37,263 nt of DNA from Pirellulales bacterium. Lineage in GTDB: Bacteria; Planctomycetota; Planctomycetia; Pirellulales; JAICIG01. How positions within the stretch are numbered: position 1 is the first letter of the stretch; the number at the start of each line of letters is the position of its first letter. The stretch is taken from assembly GCA_040901675.1 (NCBI GenBank), contig JBBDYJ010000030.1, positions 78,424 through 115,686 on the forward strand, read 5' to 3'. The notes beneath the pieces were generated by a model that did no database searches, was not told the origin of the DNA, and worked only from the letters and a program-made list of their open reading frames with translations. Shown here piece after piece: positions 27,002 to 37,194 of this stretch. Both the position numbers and the translations under genes were made by a program.

Positions 27002-27772
27002 TTACGGCTCTTGCAACACGAAGGCGATGGCGTCGCCGAGGAGGCGGCGGGTCTCGCGGGAATACTCGATGTCCAACCAGATCACCTGGCCTTCATTATC
27101 CAACAGGTACAACAGCGGCGGGCGGCCGGTCGAGACACGCGATAAGAGCGAACCATCCTGGTCGAGCAAGTTCGGGAACGCGGCCTGCGCCGCGCCGGCG
27201 GCCTGCTTGGCCGCCTCCGAAGTGTCGCTCACGTTGATGCCCACCACGCGCACCCCACGGTCCGCATACGCGGCCGCCACGTCGGCCGCCAGGTCCTCCA
27301 GGGCCACCGTCGAATAGATGCTGTCGCTCGACCAGAACAACACCACCGTCAGCCGCTCGCCGAAAAGACCGGTCAGCGATTGCTGGTTGCCCTCCAGATC
27401 GGGCAACGTCGCGTCGGGAAACTTTTGGCCCACCTTGACCAGCAACATGGCCGCGTGCGCCTCGCTCAATACGACTTCGGGCAGCACGGGCACGGCCGGC
27501 TCGTCAAGGGGAACGGCGGCCGCCGCCGGATCGCCATCCGCCCGCCGCTGGCCGTCGCCTGGTTCAGAGCGCGCCGCGTCGGCCGCCGGGGCATCGCCAA
27601 TCGCGCCGCCGTTGTCTACGCCGCGGCCGCAGCCGAGGACAGAGATCATCGTAAGGGGGATCATCGCAAGGGCGACCATCGCCAGGGGGGCCATCGCGAC
27701 GGGGGCCGTCGCAAGGGGGGCCATCGCCAGGGGGCCTGGCCACGCTTCACGTCGATCGAATGCCCGCTTCAT
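27002..27772 (-). CDS. Redoxin/AhpC-TSA (TlpA-like) fold lipoprotein lacking CxxC
   Basis: Lipobox SVLGC; VGQKFPDATLPDLEG, VVLFWSSDSIYS in place of WCxxC, VRVVGIN, LLDQDG. Confidence 0.75.
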   Translation of the reverse strand: MKRAFDRREAWPGPLAMAPLATAPVAMAPLAMVALAMIPLTMISVLGCGRGVDNGGAIGDAPAADAARSEPGDGQRRADGDPAAAAVPLDEPAVPVLPEVVLSEAHAAMLLVKVGQKFPDATLPDLEGNQQSLTGLFGERLTVVLFWSSDSIYSTVALEDLAADVAAAYADRGVRVVGINVSDTSEAAKQAAGAAQAAFPNLLDQDGSLLSRVSTGRPPLLYLLDNEGQVIWLDIEYSRETRRLLGDAIAFVLQEP

Positions 27773-27788
27773 GGCGGATACTCCTTGG

Positions 27789-29558
27789 TTAGTCTTCTTT
27801 TTCGATTCTGAGCCTGAGCTCCTTGAGCTGCCGGGCGTCGACCTGGCCGGGGGCCTCGGTCATCAGGTCGGCGGCCTTTTGCGTCTTGGGAAATGCGATG
27901 CAGTCGCGGATGTTGTCCAACCCGCCAAAGAGCATTACGAAGCGGTCGATCCCCAACGCAATGCCGCCGTGGGGCGGCGCGCCGAAGCTCAAGGCGTCCA
28001 GAAGGAAGCCGAACCGCTCCCGCGCCTGCCGCTCGTCGATGCCCAACAGCGAGAACACCTGCTGCTGCACCCGGCTGTCGTGGATCCGGATCGTCCCGCC
28101 GCCGGCCTCCGAACCGTTGATCACCAGGTCGTAGGCCTGGGCCCGGCACTTGCCGGGGTCGGTCGACAGCAGGGCCAGGTCGCGGGGCCGCGGCGCCGTG
28201 AAGGGATGGTGCATAGCCGCCCAGCCGCCGGTCTCGTCGTCGAAGGCGAACATGGGAAACTCGACCACCCACGAGAAGTGCATCTGCCCCGGCTTGTACA
28301 GGCCCAGCTCCTCGCCCAGCCGCTTGCGCAGCGCGGCCAGCGCCTTGGAACTGGCTTCGAAGGTGTCGGCCACGAACAAGAGCAGGTCGCCCGGCTCGGC
28401 CCGCATCCGCTCGCCGATGCGGGCCAGCAGGGCCGGGCTGAAGTTCTTGGCGGTGGGCGAGGCCAGCTCGCCGGCCGCTTCGACCTTGAACCAGACCAGC
28501 CCCTTGGCGCCAAAACCCTTGAGAAACTCGGTGAGCTCGTCGATGCCCTTGCGCGAATAGCGGGCGGCGGCGCCGCGGGCATTGATGCCCCGCACGCGCT
28601 TGCCTTCTTCGGCCGCCGCCCGGAAGACCCGGAAGTCGGCCTGGGCGGCCAGGTCGGTCAGATCGACCAGCTCCATGGCGAACCGCAGGTCGGGCGCATC
28701 GTGACCGTAGCGTTCCATGGCCTCATCGTAGCTCATCCTGGCAAGCGGGATCGAGACTTCCATGCCCAGGATCTGGCGGGCCAGCCGGGCGACCAGGCCG
28801 TCGATGACGCCGATCACGTCGTCGCTGTCGACGAACGACATCTCCATGTCCAACTGGGTGAACTCCGGCTGGCGGTCCGCGCGGAGGTCTTCGTCGCGGA
28901 AGCAGCGGGCGACCTGCACGTAGCGGTCGTAGCCGGCCATCATCAGGATCTGCTTGTAGAGCTGCGGCGACTGCGGCAGGGCATAGAACGAGCCGGGATG
29001 CACGCGGCTGGGCACCAGGTAGTCGCGGGCGCCCTCGGGCGTGCTGCGGCCCAGCATGGGCGTTTCGATGTCGACGAAGCCGTGAAGGTCGAAGTAGTCT
29101 CGCATCTCTTTGATGATGCGGTGCCGCAGCAGCATGATCCGCTGCATCTCCGGGCGGCGGAGATCGAGGTAGCGGTACTTGAGCCGCAGGTCCTCGCCCG
29201 GCAGCTCCTTGGCCCCCGGTTGAAAGGGGGGCGTCTGGCTGCGGTTGAGCACCTCCAGCCGGCGGGCGCGGACCTCGACGGCCCCGGTCGCCAGCTTGCG
29301 GTTGACCGTGCCTTCGGGGCGATGGGCCACGCTGCCGGTGACGGCGATCACGAACTCGCTGCGCAGGGCCCTGGCCGCCTCCTGGACTTCTTCACCCGCC
29401 TCGGGTGCGAAGACGATCTGGGTCTTGCCGTAGCGGTCGCGGAGGTCGAGGAACAGGCCGCCGCCGTGGTCGCGGTACGAATCGACCCAGCCGCACAGAG
29501 TGACATCCTGCCCCACGTGATCGGCGCGCAGCTCGCCGCAGGTATGAGTTCGGATCAA
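27789..29558 (-). CDS. aspS: Aspartate--tRNA ligase
   Basis: TTG start after [74 protein letters not shown]. Confidence 0.97.
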   Translation of the reverse strand: MIRTHTCGELRADHVGQDVTLCGWVDSYRDHGGGLFLDLRDRYGKTQIVFAPEAGEEVQEAARALRSEFVIAVTGSVAHRPEGTVNRKLATGAVEVRARRLEVLNRSQTPPFQPGAKELPGEDLRLKYRYLDLRRPEMQRIMLLRHRIIKEMRDYFDLHGFVDIETPMLGRSTPEGARDYLVPSRVHPGSFYALPQSPQLYKQILMMAGYDRYVQVARCFRDEDLRADRQPEFTQLDMEMSFVDSDDVIGVIDGLVARLARQILGMEVSIPLARMSYDEAMERYGHDAPDLRFAMELVDLTDLAAQADFRVFRAAAEEGKRVRGINARGAAARYSRKGIDELTEFLKGFGAKGLVWFKVEAAGELASPTAKNFSPALLARIGERMRAEPGDLLLFVADTFEASSKALAALRKRLGEELGLYKPGQMHFSWVVEFPMFAFDDETGGWAAMHHPFTAPRPRDLALLSTDPGKCRAQAYDLVINGSEAGGGTIRIHDSRVQQQVFSLLGIDERQARERFGFLLDALSFGAPPHGGIALGIDRFVMLFGGLDNIRDCIAFPKTQKAADLMTEAPGQVDARQLKELRLRIEKED

Positions 29559-29576
29559 CGCGTATTCCTCTTTAAG

Positions 29577-29608
29577 CCACTCGCGGAGCGAGTAGACCAC
29601 ATCACGCC
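29577..29608. repeat. Palindromic REP-like CCACTCGCGGAGCGAGT(A/G)GACCACATCACGCC
   Basis: A second copy is at ~26577-26608. Confidence 0.75.
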
Positions 29609-29659
29609 GTGTCGCCGGCCGCGGCCCGCCCGGGGCCGGGGCAAACCGGGTATTGTAAG

Positions 29660-30295
29660 GGCAGAAGGAGGAAGGAGGAAGGCAGAGGGCAGAAGGCAGA
29701 GGTCGGAGGTCGGAGGTCAGGTAGGACGGTCTTCCCAGGCCGTCTGGGAATACCAACCCGACGCGGGTATCGACGGGCTCGACCCGCCCCGAGCTCGTCG
29801 AGGGGCGCCAGCGAGTGGCGTCTCCCGTTTGCCGATCCATAGGTCGTCGACCATGCGTTGGCTACTGCCGCCACGCTTCGCGGGCTGAAAGAGGGGGTTC
29901 ATTGATCGGCAACCGGGGGCTTACGCCACCCGGCTATTAACTGTCGCCCGCTTCGCGGGCTGAAGAGGGGACGCGCTGGGGCGCAAACCGGGGGCTTACG
30001 CCGCCCGGCTATTGAATGCCGCCCGCTTCGCGGGCTGAAGGCCTGAAAGTGATTGCATTGATCCCATTCTCACCGTTCCTCGTTCCTCTTGTCGCCGTGT
30101 CGCCGTGGCTGTTACGCCCTTGCAGGGCTGACGACATGTTGGGTTGCTGTCTCCCCCAGGGCGACGCTACGCGGCTAACGCCGCTGCGCTTGCCCTGGGC
30201 TGATATGTTGCGCCCCTTCGGGGCAGGGATTCTCGCCTCACCGTTCCTCGTTCCCCTTGTCGCCGTGTCGCCTTGTCGCCTTGTCGCCCGCTTCG
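29660..30295. repeat. Composite REP/heptamer block between miaA and aspS
   Basis: AGAAGGC and GGAGGTC arrays, GCCCGCTTCGCGGGCTGAA units, CCCAGGGC...GCCCTGGG and GCCCCTTCGGGGC palindromes. Confidence 0.75.
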
Positions 30296-31215
30296 CGGGC
30301 TGCGATCCGGCTGGCGACGGCGGCTGGGTCGATCTGGCCGTCAATGGGCAGCCAGCGGCATTCGCTGAGACTGCGGAACCAGGTCAACTGGCGGCGGGCA
30401 AACTGCCGGGTCCGCAACTTGACCAGCTCGACCGTCTCTTCCAGGCTGCGCTCGCCGGACAGGTGCTCCAGCACCTCGCGATAGCCGAGCGCCTGGCGGG
30501 CGGTGCGGCCCAGCACGCCTCCACGCGCCAGGAGGCCGGCCACCTCGCCGACCAGCCCGGCGGCGAACATGGCCTCGACCCGCCGGTCGATCCGCTCGAC
30601 CAGCTCGCTCCGCGGCCGATCGAGGACGAACACCTTGTGCTGCTCGGCCGGGCCGCCCAGGTCGAACTGCCGCTGCCACTCGCTGATCGGCCGCCCCGTC
30701 TTTTCATACACCTCCAGGGCCCGGACCAGGCGGCGGGTGTCGTTGGGGTGCAGCCGGGCGGCCGCGGCCGGATCGACGGAGGCAAGCTGCTCGTGCAGCC
30801 AATTGGCCCCATGCTGGCGGGCCTGCGATTCCAACGCTTGCCGCCGCGGCAGGTCGGCTTGCGGCCCCTCGAAGATGCCTCGCAGCATGGCCTTCAGATA
30901 CAGCGGCGTGCCGCCGACGAACAGCGCCTGCCGGCCGCGGCCCGCGATCTCGGCACACGCCTGCCGGGCGGCCGCGACGTACTCGGCCAGGCTGAAGGGC
31001 TGAGCGGGCTCGAGGATGTCGACCAGGTGGTGGCGGACCGCGCTGCGCTCGGCGGGGGTTGGCTTGGCGGTGCCGATGTCGAGGCCCCGGTAAACGGCCA
31101 TCGAGTCGAGCGAGACAATCTCGGCATCCAGCAGCCGCGCCAGCTCCAGCCCCACCGCCGTTTTGCCCACCGCGGTGGCGCCTACCAGGAACCAGGTGTG
31201 CCGAGCGTCGAACAT
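30238..31215 (-). CDS. miaA: tRNA dimethylallyltransferase
   Basis: GATAVGKT, SLDSMAVYRGLDIGTAKP, VGGTPLYLKA, RRLVRALEV, QALGYRE, TRQFARRQLTWFR. Confidence 0.97.
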   Translation of the reverse strand: MFDARHTWFLVGATAVGKTAVGLELARLLDAEIVSLDSMAVYRGLDIGTAKPTPAERSAVRHHLVDILEPAQPFSLAEYVAAARQACAEIAGRGRQALFVGGTPLYLKAMLRGIFEGPQADLPRRQALESQARQHGANWLHEQLASVDPAAAARLHPNDTRRLVRALEVYEKTGRPISEWQRQFDLGGPAEQHKVFVLDRPRSELVERIDRRVEAMFAAGLVGEVAGLLARGGVLGRTARQALGYREVLEHLSGERSLEETVELVKLRTRQFARRQLTWFRSLSECRWLPIDGQIDPAAVASRIAAREAGDKATRRHGDKGNEER

Positions 31216-31299
31216 TGCCTGCCGGGTGGCCGCGGCCTACATTGGAGGGTCAGCTTTCGATTGTCGTCTGTGCCGTTTGGGTTGGAAAGGCGTGCTGGT

Positions 31300-31650
31300 T
31301 TGAGCGATCCGCAGGCAACGCTGGAGCGGTTGATGGCGGCCATCCTGGACCGCAAGGCCCATCCGTCCGACCGCTCGTATACGAGCCATTTGCTGGAAGG
31401 CGGTGTCGATAAGATCGGCGAGAAGATCGTGGAAGAAGCCGCCGAAGTGGTCGAGGCGGCCGCCGAGCCGGGGTCCGAGGGGCGGGAGCACCTGGTGCGC
31501 GAGGCGGCCGACCTGGTGTATCACCTGCTGGTCATGCTGGCCGCCCGCGACGCGGAGCTGGCCGACGTGGCGAGCGAGCTGGCGCGGCGAGTCGGCATTT
31601 CGGGGCTGGATGAGAAGGCATCGCGTAACCCAGGCAAGCGGCCGTCATGA
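31300..31650 (+). CDS. hisE: Phosphoribosyl-ATP diphosphatase
   Basis: TTG start; SYTSHLLEGGVDKIGEKIVEEAAEVV...EAADLVYHLLVML; ATGA overlap with hisG. Confidence 0.93.
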   Translation: MSDPQATLERLMAAILDRKAHPSDRSYTSHLLEGGVDKIGEKIVEEAAEVVEAAAEPGSEGREHLVREAADLVYHLLVMLAARDAELADVASELARRVGISGLDEKASRNPGKRPS

Positions 31651-32498
31651 GCAACCTGCGGATTGGTGTTCCGAGCAAGGGCCGCCTGGCCGAGATCGCG
31701 GGCGAGCTGTTGAAAGAGGCGGGCTTGAGCTTCCGCCGGCCGGACCGGAGCCTGTTCGCCCGCTGCCGGGAGATGCCGATCGACATCACGTTCCTGCGCA
31801 CGGACGACATTCCGGTGCTGTGCGCCGAGGGGGCGATCGACATGGGCATTACCGGCAGCGACCTGGTGGCCGAGAGCGGCGCCGAGGTGGCCGAGCGGCT
31901 GGAGTTGGGGGTGGGGCAGTGCCGGCTGGCCGTTTGCGTGCTCGACGACAGCGCGATCCGCAAGCCGGCCGACCTCGACGGCTGCCGCGTTGCCACCAGC
32001 TTTCCGAAGAACACCGAAGCCTGGCTGCGGCGGCACGGAGCGGCCGCCCACCTGGTGAAGCTGTCGGGTTCCGTCGAAGTGATGATCGCGCTGGGCGTGG
32101 CCGATGCGATCGTCGACCTGGTCGAAACGGGCAGCACGCTGGCGGCCAACCAGCTCCGGGTCCTGGACGAGATCGGCCGCTACCAGGCGGTGCTGATCCA
32201 GAACCCCTCCGGCCGTCATGGCGAACTGGCCGACCGGGTCGTGCGGCGGCTGGAAGGCGTGGTGATCGCCCGCAGCTATTCGCTGTTGGAGTACAACGTG
32301 CCGCGGACGAGCCTTTCCGAGGCCGAGAAGATCACACCGGGCTTCAACTCGCCCACCGTCAGCGCGCTGGAAGACCCGGCCTGGTGCGCGGTCCGGGTGA
32401 TGGTGAAGCGGGGCGAGGTGATCCAGATCATGGAACAGTTGGAGGCCTTGGGCGCCAGCGCGATCCTGGAGACGCAGATCACGAACTGCCGGTTATAG
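31647..32498 (+). CDS. hisG: ATP phosphoribosyltransferase (long form)
   Basis: IGVPSKGRL, LRTDDIP, DMGITGSD, GSVEVMIALGVADAIVDLVETGSTL, PGFNSPTV. Confidence 0.97.
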   Translation: MSNLRIGVPSKGRLAEIAGELLKEAGLSFRRPDRSLFARCREMPIDITFLRTDDIPVLCAEGAIDMGITGSDLVAESGAEVAERLELGVGQCRLAVCVLDDSAIRKPADLDGCRVATSFPKNTEAWLRRHGAAAHLVKLSGSVEVMIALGVADAIVDLVETGSTLAANQLRVLDEIGRYQAVLIQNPSGRHGELADRVVRRLEGVVIARSYSLLEYNVPRTSLSEAEKITPGFNSPTVSALEDPAWCAVRVMVKRGEVIQIMEQLEALGASAILETQITNCRL

Positions 32499-33744
32499 CC
32501 GCCAGCGCGTGTTCGCCGTGGACAATACGGCCGCGAAACACGGTGCCCGCGACCCCCAACGGCGAGTCGAACAGGAGCTCGTGCGGATCTTGGGCGTCGT
32601 GATCGGGCAGGTGCACGACGGCCAGGTCGGCAAAGCCACCGGCCTTGAGCTGCCCGGCCGGCTCGGGGAGTCCTAGCGCGCGGGCGGCGCGGACGGTGCC
32701 GAGCTCCAGCACAACGCGGGGGGGTATTTCGGGATAGTGGCGGGCGATGAACCGCAGTTCCGCGAGCAGGCCCAGGTCGGGATTCGAGGCCCGGCTGTCG
32801 GTCCCCACGGCCACGCTCGCGCCGGCGGCCAGCAATCGCGGCAGCGGATGGCGCGGGTGGCCGAAATAGGCGTGGGTGCGAGGGCAGTACACCACCGTCA
32901 AATGCCGCCCTTGGCCGGCCAGGAAACGGATCTCTTCTTCGTCGAGGTAATTGCCATGGATGACCAGCCCCCAGTCGGCCCGCGACAGCACTTGGAGGTA
33001 ATCGAGCGGGCGGAGAGAGCCGGTGAAAGCGGCAGGGTGCCAGGCACCCAGTTCTTTCAGCAGCTCGACGAGCGGCCCACGCCGGCCGCGGAGCAGCTCG
33101 ATCTCTTCGGGCGACTCGGCGAGGTGCATGGCGACAGGCGACAGGGAGACGGCTTGCGAGAGGATCTCTGGATGGACCGTGTAAGGGGCGTGCGGGCTCA
33201 AGGCCGCCCGCCAGTTGTGCACGCCTGTATCACGGGCCAGATGGCTCCGCGCTTCGGCCAGCTTGTCTTTCACGGCGCCGGATGCCAGGCCGATCAATTC
33301 CAGGAAGATTGTGGCTTCGATTGCGGCCTGCTCGAATTCGTCAGCCGGCCAGCCGGTGGTGGCGATCTCCGCCAGCGTGGTCACTCCCTGCCTGGCGCAC
33401 TCTTCGAGGCCCAGGCGGACGGCTGGCGGCGGGGCGGGCGGCTGGGCAGGCGGCCGGGCGCGCCGCCAATCCATTACCAAGCGGATCCAGTCGGGAAAGG
33501 GCATGCCGGCCTGGCCAAGCGGCTGAAGCAGGTCGCTGAACTCCAGATGGGCATGCGCGTTCACGAGGCCCGGAAGAATAGCGACGTTGCCCAGGTCGCG
33601 CGGCAGGCAGCCGAGGGGCTGGCGGTCCACGGCGACGATGCGATCGCCCGCCAACGTAACCACTCCGTCCGGGATCGGGTCGGTGCCGACTGGAAAGACG
33701 TAGCGGGCCTTGATGGCGGTGGTAACGCCGGCGGAGCTCATCAA
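32479..33744 (-). CDS. Metal-dependent amidohydrolase (aminodeoxyfutalosine / nucleoside deaminase-like)
   Basis: PGLVNAHAHLE, LSPHAPYTV, MHLAES, IHGNY, YCPRTH, GTDSRASN. Confidence 0.85.
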   Translation of the reverse strand: MMSSAGVTTAIKARYVFPVGTDPIPDGVVTLAGDRIVAVDRQPLGCLPRDLGNVAILPGLVNAHAHLEFSDLLQPLGQAGMPFPDWIRLVMDWRRARPPAQPPAPPPAVRLGLEECARQGVTTLAEIATTGWPADEFEQAAIEATIFLELIGLASGAVKDKLAEARSHLARDTGVHNWRAALSPHAPYTVHPEILSQAVSLSPVAMHLAESPEEIELLRGRRGPLVELLKELGAWHPAAFTGSLRPLDYLQVLSRADWGLVIHGNYLDEEEIRFLAGQGRHLTVVYCPRTHAYFGHPRHPLPRLLAAGASVAVGTDSRASNPDLGLLAELRFIARHYPEIPPRVVLELGTVRAARALGLPEPAGQLKAGGFADLAVVHLPDHDAQDPHELLFDSPLGVAGTVFRGRIVHGEHALAAITGSS

Positions 33745-33868
33745 GGCAAGCTAGATTGTGCCGCACTGGGGATCAAGCATGCGGGCCGCCAGGACTTGGG
33801 CCAGCCGGCCGAAGGCGGTATACATATTGCCTCCGGCGGCGGCACTCGTTCTGGCATGGAGAATTAGA

Positions 33869-34300
33869 ATGGACGCAGATGTGAACCGGGATCTCGAGCA
33901 CTTGAAGATCCTTTCGATCCTGCACTACGTGTTTGGCGGGCTGACCCTGGCGGGCTCCTGCTTTGGGCTGATCTATGTTTTCATGGGCATTGCCATGGTC
34001 GCCAGCCCGGAGGCGTTCGAGGGCCCAGATGCTCCACCCGTGGCGTTTGGCTGGGGACTGGCGGCGTTCGGGTTCGGCTGCTCGCTGGCAGGCTGGATCC
34101 TCTCCGGCTGCGTGATCCTGGCCGGGCGTTACCTGGCCCGCCGAGTGCACCGCACGTTCTGCCTGGTCGTCGCCGCCATCATTTGCCTGTCGGTCCCCTT
34201 GGGCACGCTGCTGGGCGTGTTCACACTCATCACGCTGGGCCGCCCCTCGGTCAAGGCAATGTTCGACGAACAGGAGGCGCTCGGCCGGGGCATGCCTTGA
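33869..34300 (+). CDS. Membrane protein, 3-4 TM helices
   Basis: GGAG RBS; HLKILSILHYV...PLGTLLGVFTLITL.RPSVKAMF pattern. Confidence 0.75.
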   Translation: MDADVNRDLEHLKILSILHYVFGGLTLAGSCFGLIYVFMGIAMVASPEAFEGPDAPPVAFGWGLAAFGFGCSLAGWILSGCVILAGRYLARRVHRTFCLVVAAIICLSVPLGTLLGVFTLITLGRPSVKAMFDEQEALGRGMP

Positions 34301-34308
34301 AGACCGGG

Positions 34309-36459
34309 CTATTTCAGGTCCAGGCCCAGCAGGTATTCGTCCAGCGACTTGCGCTTCGACGTCAACTGTTGCTGGGTGTCGGCGATCTGGCCGCGAAGCT
34401 GCTCGACCTGGTCTTCCTGCGAGGCGAACTTCTTGACGTAGCGGTTGTACAGGTCTGATTGCCGGTCCAACTGGGCCATGTTCTCGCGGATGCGGGCCTG
34501 CTCCTGGCTGATGACGTTGATCTGCTGTTCCAGCTCCTGGTGCCGGACCGCGAGCTGCTCGATCTCGCGCTTCCGCTTGACCACCTCGGTCAGCGCCCGC
34601 TTGACTTCGTCGCTGACGACCCTGGCATTCAGGTAGAACTGGATCATGCCGTCGTCCAGGTTGTTGACGGCCACCTCCTGGCGCACGACCTGCTCTTCCT
34701 CGACGACCAACGTGGCCGGCTTGCCCGGCTCGGCGGCCAGGGCGAAGCGGTACATGTCGCGGGTTTTTTCGGCCGGCTTGGCCGGAGCCAACAGCTTCCA
34801 GGCCGCGTCGAACGGGTACTCGATCAGCACCTGCCGCGCGTCGTCGCCGGAGTTCTTGACCAGGTAGTTCTGCGACCGGGTGTACTTGCGGCTGGAGTAG
34901 AGCACGCCCTTGGCGATCCGCACCGAAACGAGCTGCTCGGGGCTGCCCTTGGTCTCCATGGCGACTTCGACGTCCAGATCGAGGGCGTAGCTGATCAGCC
35001 GCTCGCTGCCCGGCGGGAGGTCGTCGATCCGCGCGTCGCCGGCATAGGCCCCGCCGTCGAACACGGTGATCGGCCCCTGCATCAGGTGCAGGCCGGTCGA
35101 GTTCTTCAGCCGCAGGCCGTTCAAAGGGTGCTTGGCTTGGACCGCCGGGTTGTAGATCGACAGCTTTTCGCCTTCGACCGACCCGTTCATGATGGGCAGC
35201 ATGGCCGACTGCTGGCGCGGCAGGGTCACCGGCGTATCGATCGCGTACTGGAACAGCTCGCCCACGTCGGCCGCCTGGGCCATGGCCCGGCCTCCCTGGG
35301 CCAGGTCGATCTCGCCCAACCTTTCTTCCACCACGCGTGCCCCGGCATAGAAGGCGCCGTCAGCCGCCGGGGCCTTGGGTGCCTGCTCCCGGTACAGGCG
35401 GCCCAAAGCCAAAGCGCGGGCGGGCTCTTTAGCCTGTTTGGCGAAGTCGGCCTCGGCCTCGTCGAGATCCTGGCCGTAGGTCCGCGGCCGCAGCGAGGCG
35501 AACAGCTCCGGCTCGACGACCGGCCTGGGGACGTAGAGCGGCTGATAGAGGTTCATGACGAACGAGATCGGCCGGCCGCTGACGAGCGTCAAGGCCACAT
35601 CCTGCCAGTCCTCCTCGGTGGTGTTCTCGACGATGGCCCAGCCTTGCAGGAAGGGGCGCTCGTCGCCGAGGACCAGGCGGTAGCTGGTTTTCCAGATGGG
35701 CGATTCCTGGATGTACCCGACGCGGACGGGGCGTTTGCCCTGGCCCAGGAAGTTGAGCTTGACGCTCTTCTTGTCGGTGGCGTGCCCCATGGCCAGCACG
35801 GTCAAGGCCTGGCGCAGCTCGTCGTCGAGCTGTGGATTCAACAGGCGGATGCCGCTGACGCCGGCCAGCGGCACGCTGCGCAGGCCCTCGGCAGTGAGCA
35901 GGTTCAGGAACTCGGCGTCGATCACGTCGTCTTGCGAGACCTTCTGCTTGCGCGTTTCGACGCCCAGGATCGTTCCGCTGATCTTGTTGGGCGCCTCGAT
36001 CTCGACCTTTTCGCCCCGGATCTGACCCAGCAGTTGGGCCAGCGTGGGGTTGTCGGTCAGGTCGATGGCAAAGGTCTTGAGCGTCTTGGTGATCGGATCC
36101 TGCGAGCCGTAAGTAACGGTCGAGATGCGTCCGCCGCCCAGGTCTTCGAGCACCATGCTCTTGAGCAGGTCGTTGATGTCTTCGACGTTGAACTTGAGCT
36201 CGACCTGGGCGTCGCCTTCGACCTCGGCATCGTGCTGGAAGAATCCGACTCCCGAGTTGAACAGCACCACTTTCTTCAATGGCAACTGGCTGCCGGGCTG
36301 CTGGCTACGGGGTTCCTGGCTACGGGGTTGCTGGCTGCCGGGCTCCTGGCTACGGGGCTGCTGGGCGGTCAGCGAGCCTGCCATCACGGCAACTGCCACG
36401 GTGCCGATCCAGACCGAGTGCCGCGGGAAAGCCTTCCGGCCGGTTACTATACTTCGCAT
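34309..36459 (-). CDS. DUF4139 domain secreted protein
   Basis: GGAG RBS, signal peptide, LPLKKVVLFNSGVGFF, INDLLKS, PIWKTSYRL, LQGWAIVENTTEEDW, C-terminal coiled coil. Confidence 0.85.
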   Translation of the reverse strand: MRSIVTGRKAFPRHSVWIGTVAVAVMAGSLTAQQPRSQEPGSQQPRSQEPRSQQPGSQLPLKKVVLFNSGVGFFQHDAEVEGDAQVELKFNVEDINDLLKSMVLEDLGGGRISTVTYGSQDPITKTLKTFAIDLTDNPTLAQLLGQIRGEKVEIEAPNKISGTILGVETRKQKVSQDDVIDAEFLNLLTAEGLRSVPLAGVSGIRLLNPQLDDELRQALTVLAMGHATDKKSVKLNFLGQGKRPVRVGYIQESPIWKTSYRLVLGDERPFLQGWAIVENTTEEDWQDVALTLVSGRPISFVMNLYQPLYVPRPVVEPELFASLRPRTYGQDLDEAEADFAKQAKEPARALALGRLYREQAPKAPAADGAFYAGARVVEERLGEIDLAQGGRAMAQAADVGELFQYAIDTPVTLPRQQSAMLPIMNGSVEGEKLSIYNPAVQAKHPLNGLRLKNSTGLHLMQGPITVFDGGAYAGDARIDDLPPGSERLISYALDLDVEVAMETKGSPEQLVSVRIAKGVLYSSRKYTRSQNYLVKNSGDDARQVLIEYPFDAAWKLLAPAKPAEKTRDMYRFALAAEPGKPATLVVEEEQVVRQEVAVNNLDDGMIQFYLNARVVSDEVKRALTEVVKRKREIEQLAVRHQELEQQINVISQEQARIRENMAQLDRQSDLYNRYVKKFASQEDQVEQLRGQIADTQQQLTSKRKSLDEYLLGLDLK

Positions 36460-36615
36460 CGCATGAGCTCCTTCGCTTGTTTGAGTAGGCTGTCCCGTCT
36501 GCCTTCTGCCTTCATCCTTCTGCCTTCCTTCCGGCTTGCCAGGCTCCAGGCATAAGACGACAATCGCGGCAGAAAAGTTTCGCCGTCCCGGACTTTTGCT
36601 CAATGGGAGGACTCG

Positions 36616-37194
36616 ATGGTCCGCACCGCCAGTACGATGCTCGCCCTGGGAACGCCGGCTCCCAACTTTACCTTAAGCGACGTAAACGGCAAGCAGGTCT
36701 CGCTCTCCGACTTCGGCCAGGCCCCCGCCCTGCTGGTGGTCTTCATGTGCAACCATTGCCCGTTCGTCAAGCACATTGCGCCGGGCCTGGCGCAACTGGC
36801 CCGCGAATACCAGCCCAAAGGGGTGGCCGTGGTCGGAATCAACTCGAACGACGCCGCCAACTATCCCGACGACTCGCCCGCCCGGATGGTCGAAGAAGTG
36901 AAGACCCGCGGCTACACGTTTCCGTACCTGTACGACGAGAGCCAGGCCGTCGCCAAGGCGTACCGGGCGGCCTGCACGCCCGACTTCTACGTGTTCGACG
37001 GCCAGCGGCGGCTGGCGTACCGGGGACAACTCGACTCCAGCCGGCCCGACAGCGGCATCCCGGTGACCGGCGCGGACCTGCGCCGGGCGCTCGACGCCGT
37101 GCTGGCGGGCAAAGCGCCCCCCGCCGAGCAACGGCCAAGCATCGGCTGCAACATCAAGTGGAAGGCCGGCAACGAGCCCGAGTATTTCGGCTGA
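36616..37194 (+). CDS. Thioredoxin family protein (AhpC/TSA)
   Basis: GGAGG RBS; FMCNHCPFVKH, YRAACTPDF, SIGCNIKWK. Confidence 0.93.
   Translation: MVRTASTMLALGTPAPNFTLSDVNGKQVSLSDFGQAPALLVVFMCNHCPFVKHIAPGLAQLAREYQPKGVAVVGINSNDAANYPDDSPARMVEEVKTRGYTFPYLYDESQAVAKAYRAACTPDFYVFDGQRRLAYRGQLDSSRPDSGIPVTGADLRRALDAVLAGKAPPAEQRPSIGCNIKWKAGNEPEYFG

Noticed and set aside
29559..29840. N-terminal extension of AspS in the ORF track
   Set aside because: Translated repeat DNA. The conserved start and RBS are at 29558.
27318..31299. Plus-strand ORF 27318..29888 and the N-terminal 428 aa of 30016..31650
   Set aside because: Shadows of aspS and miaA. Only the last 116 aa of the second ORF are HisE.
34459..36555. 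698-aa plus-strand ORF
   Set aside because: Antisense shadow of the DUF4139 gene.
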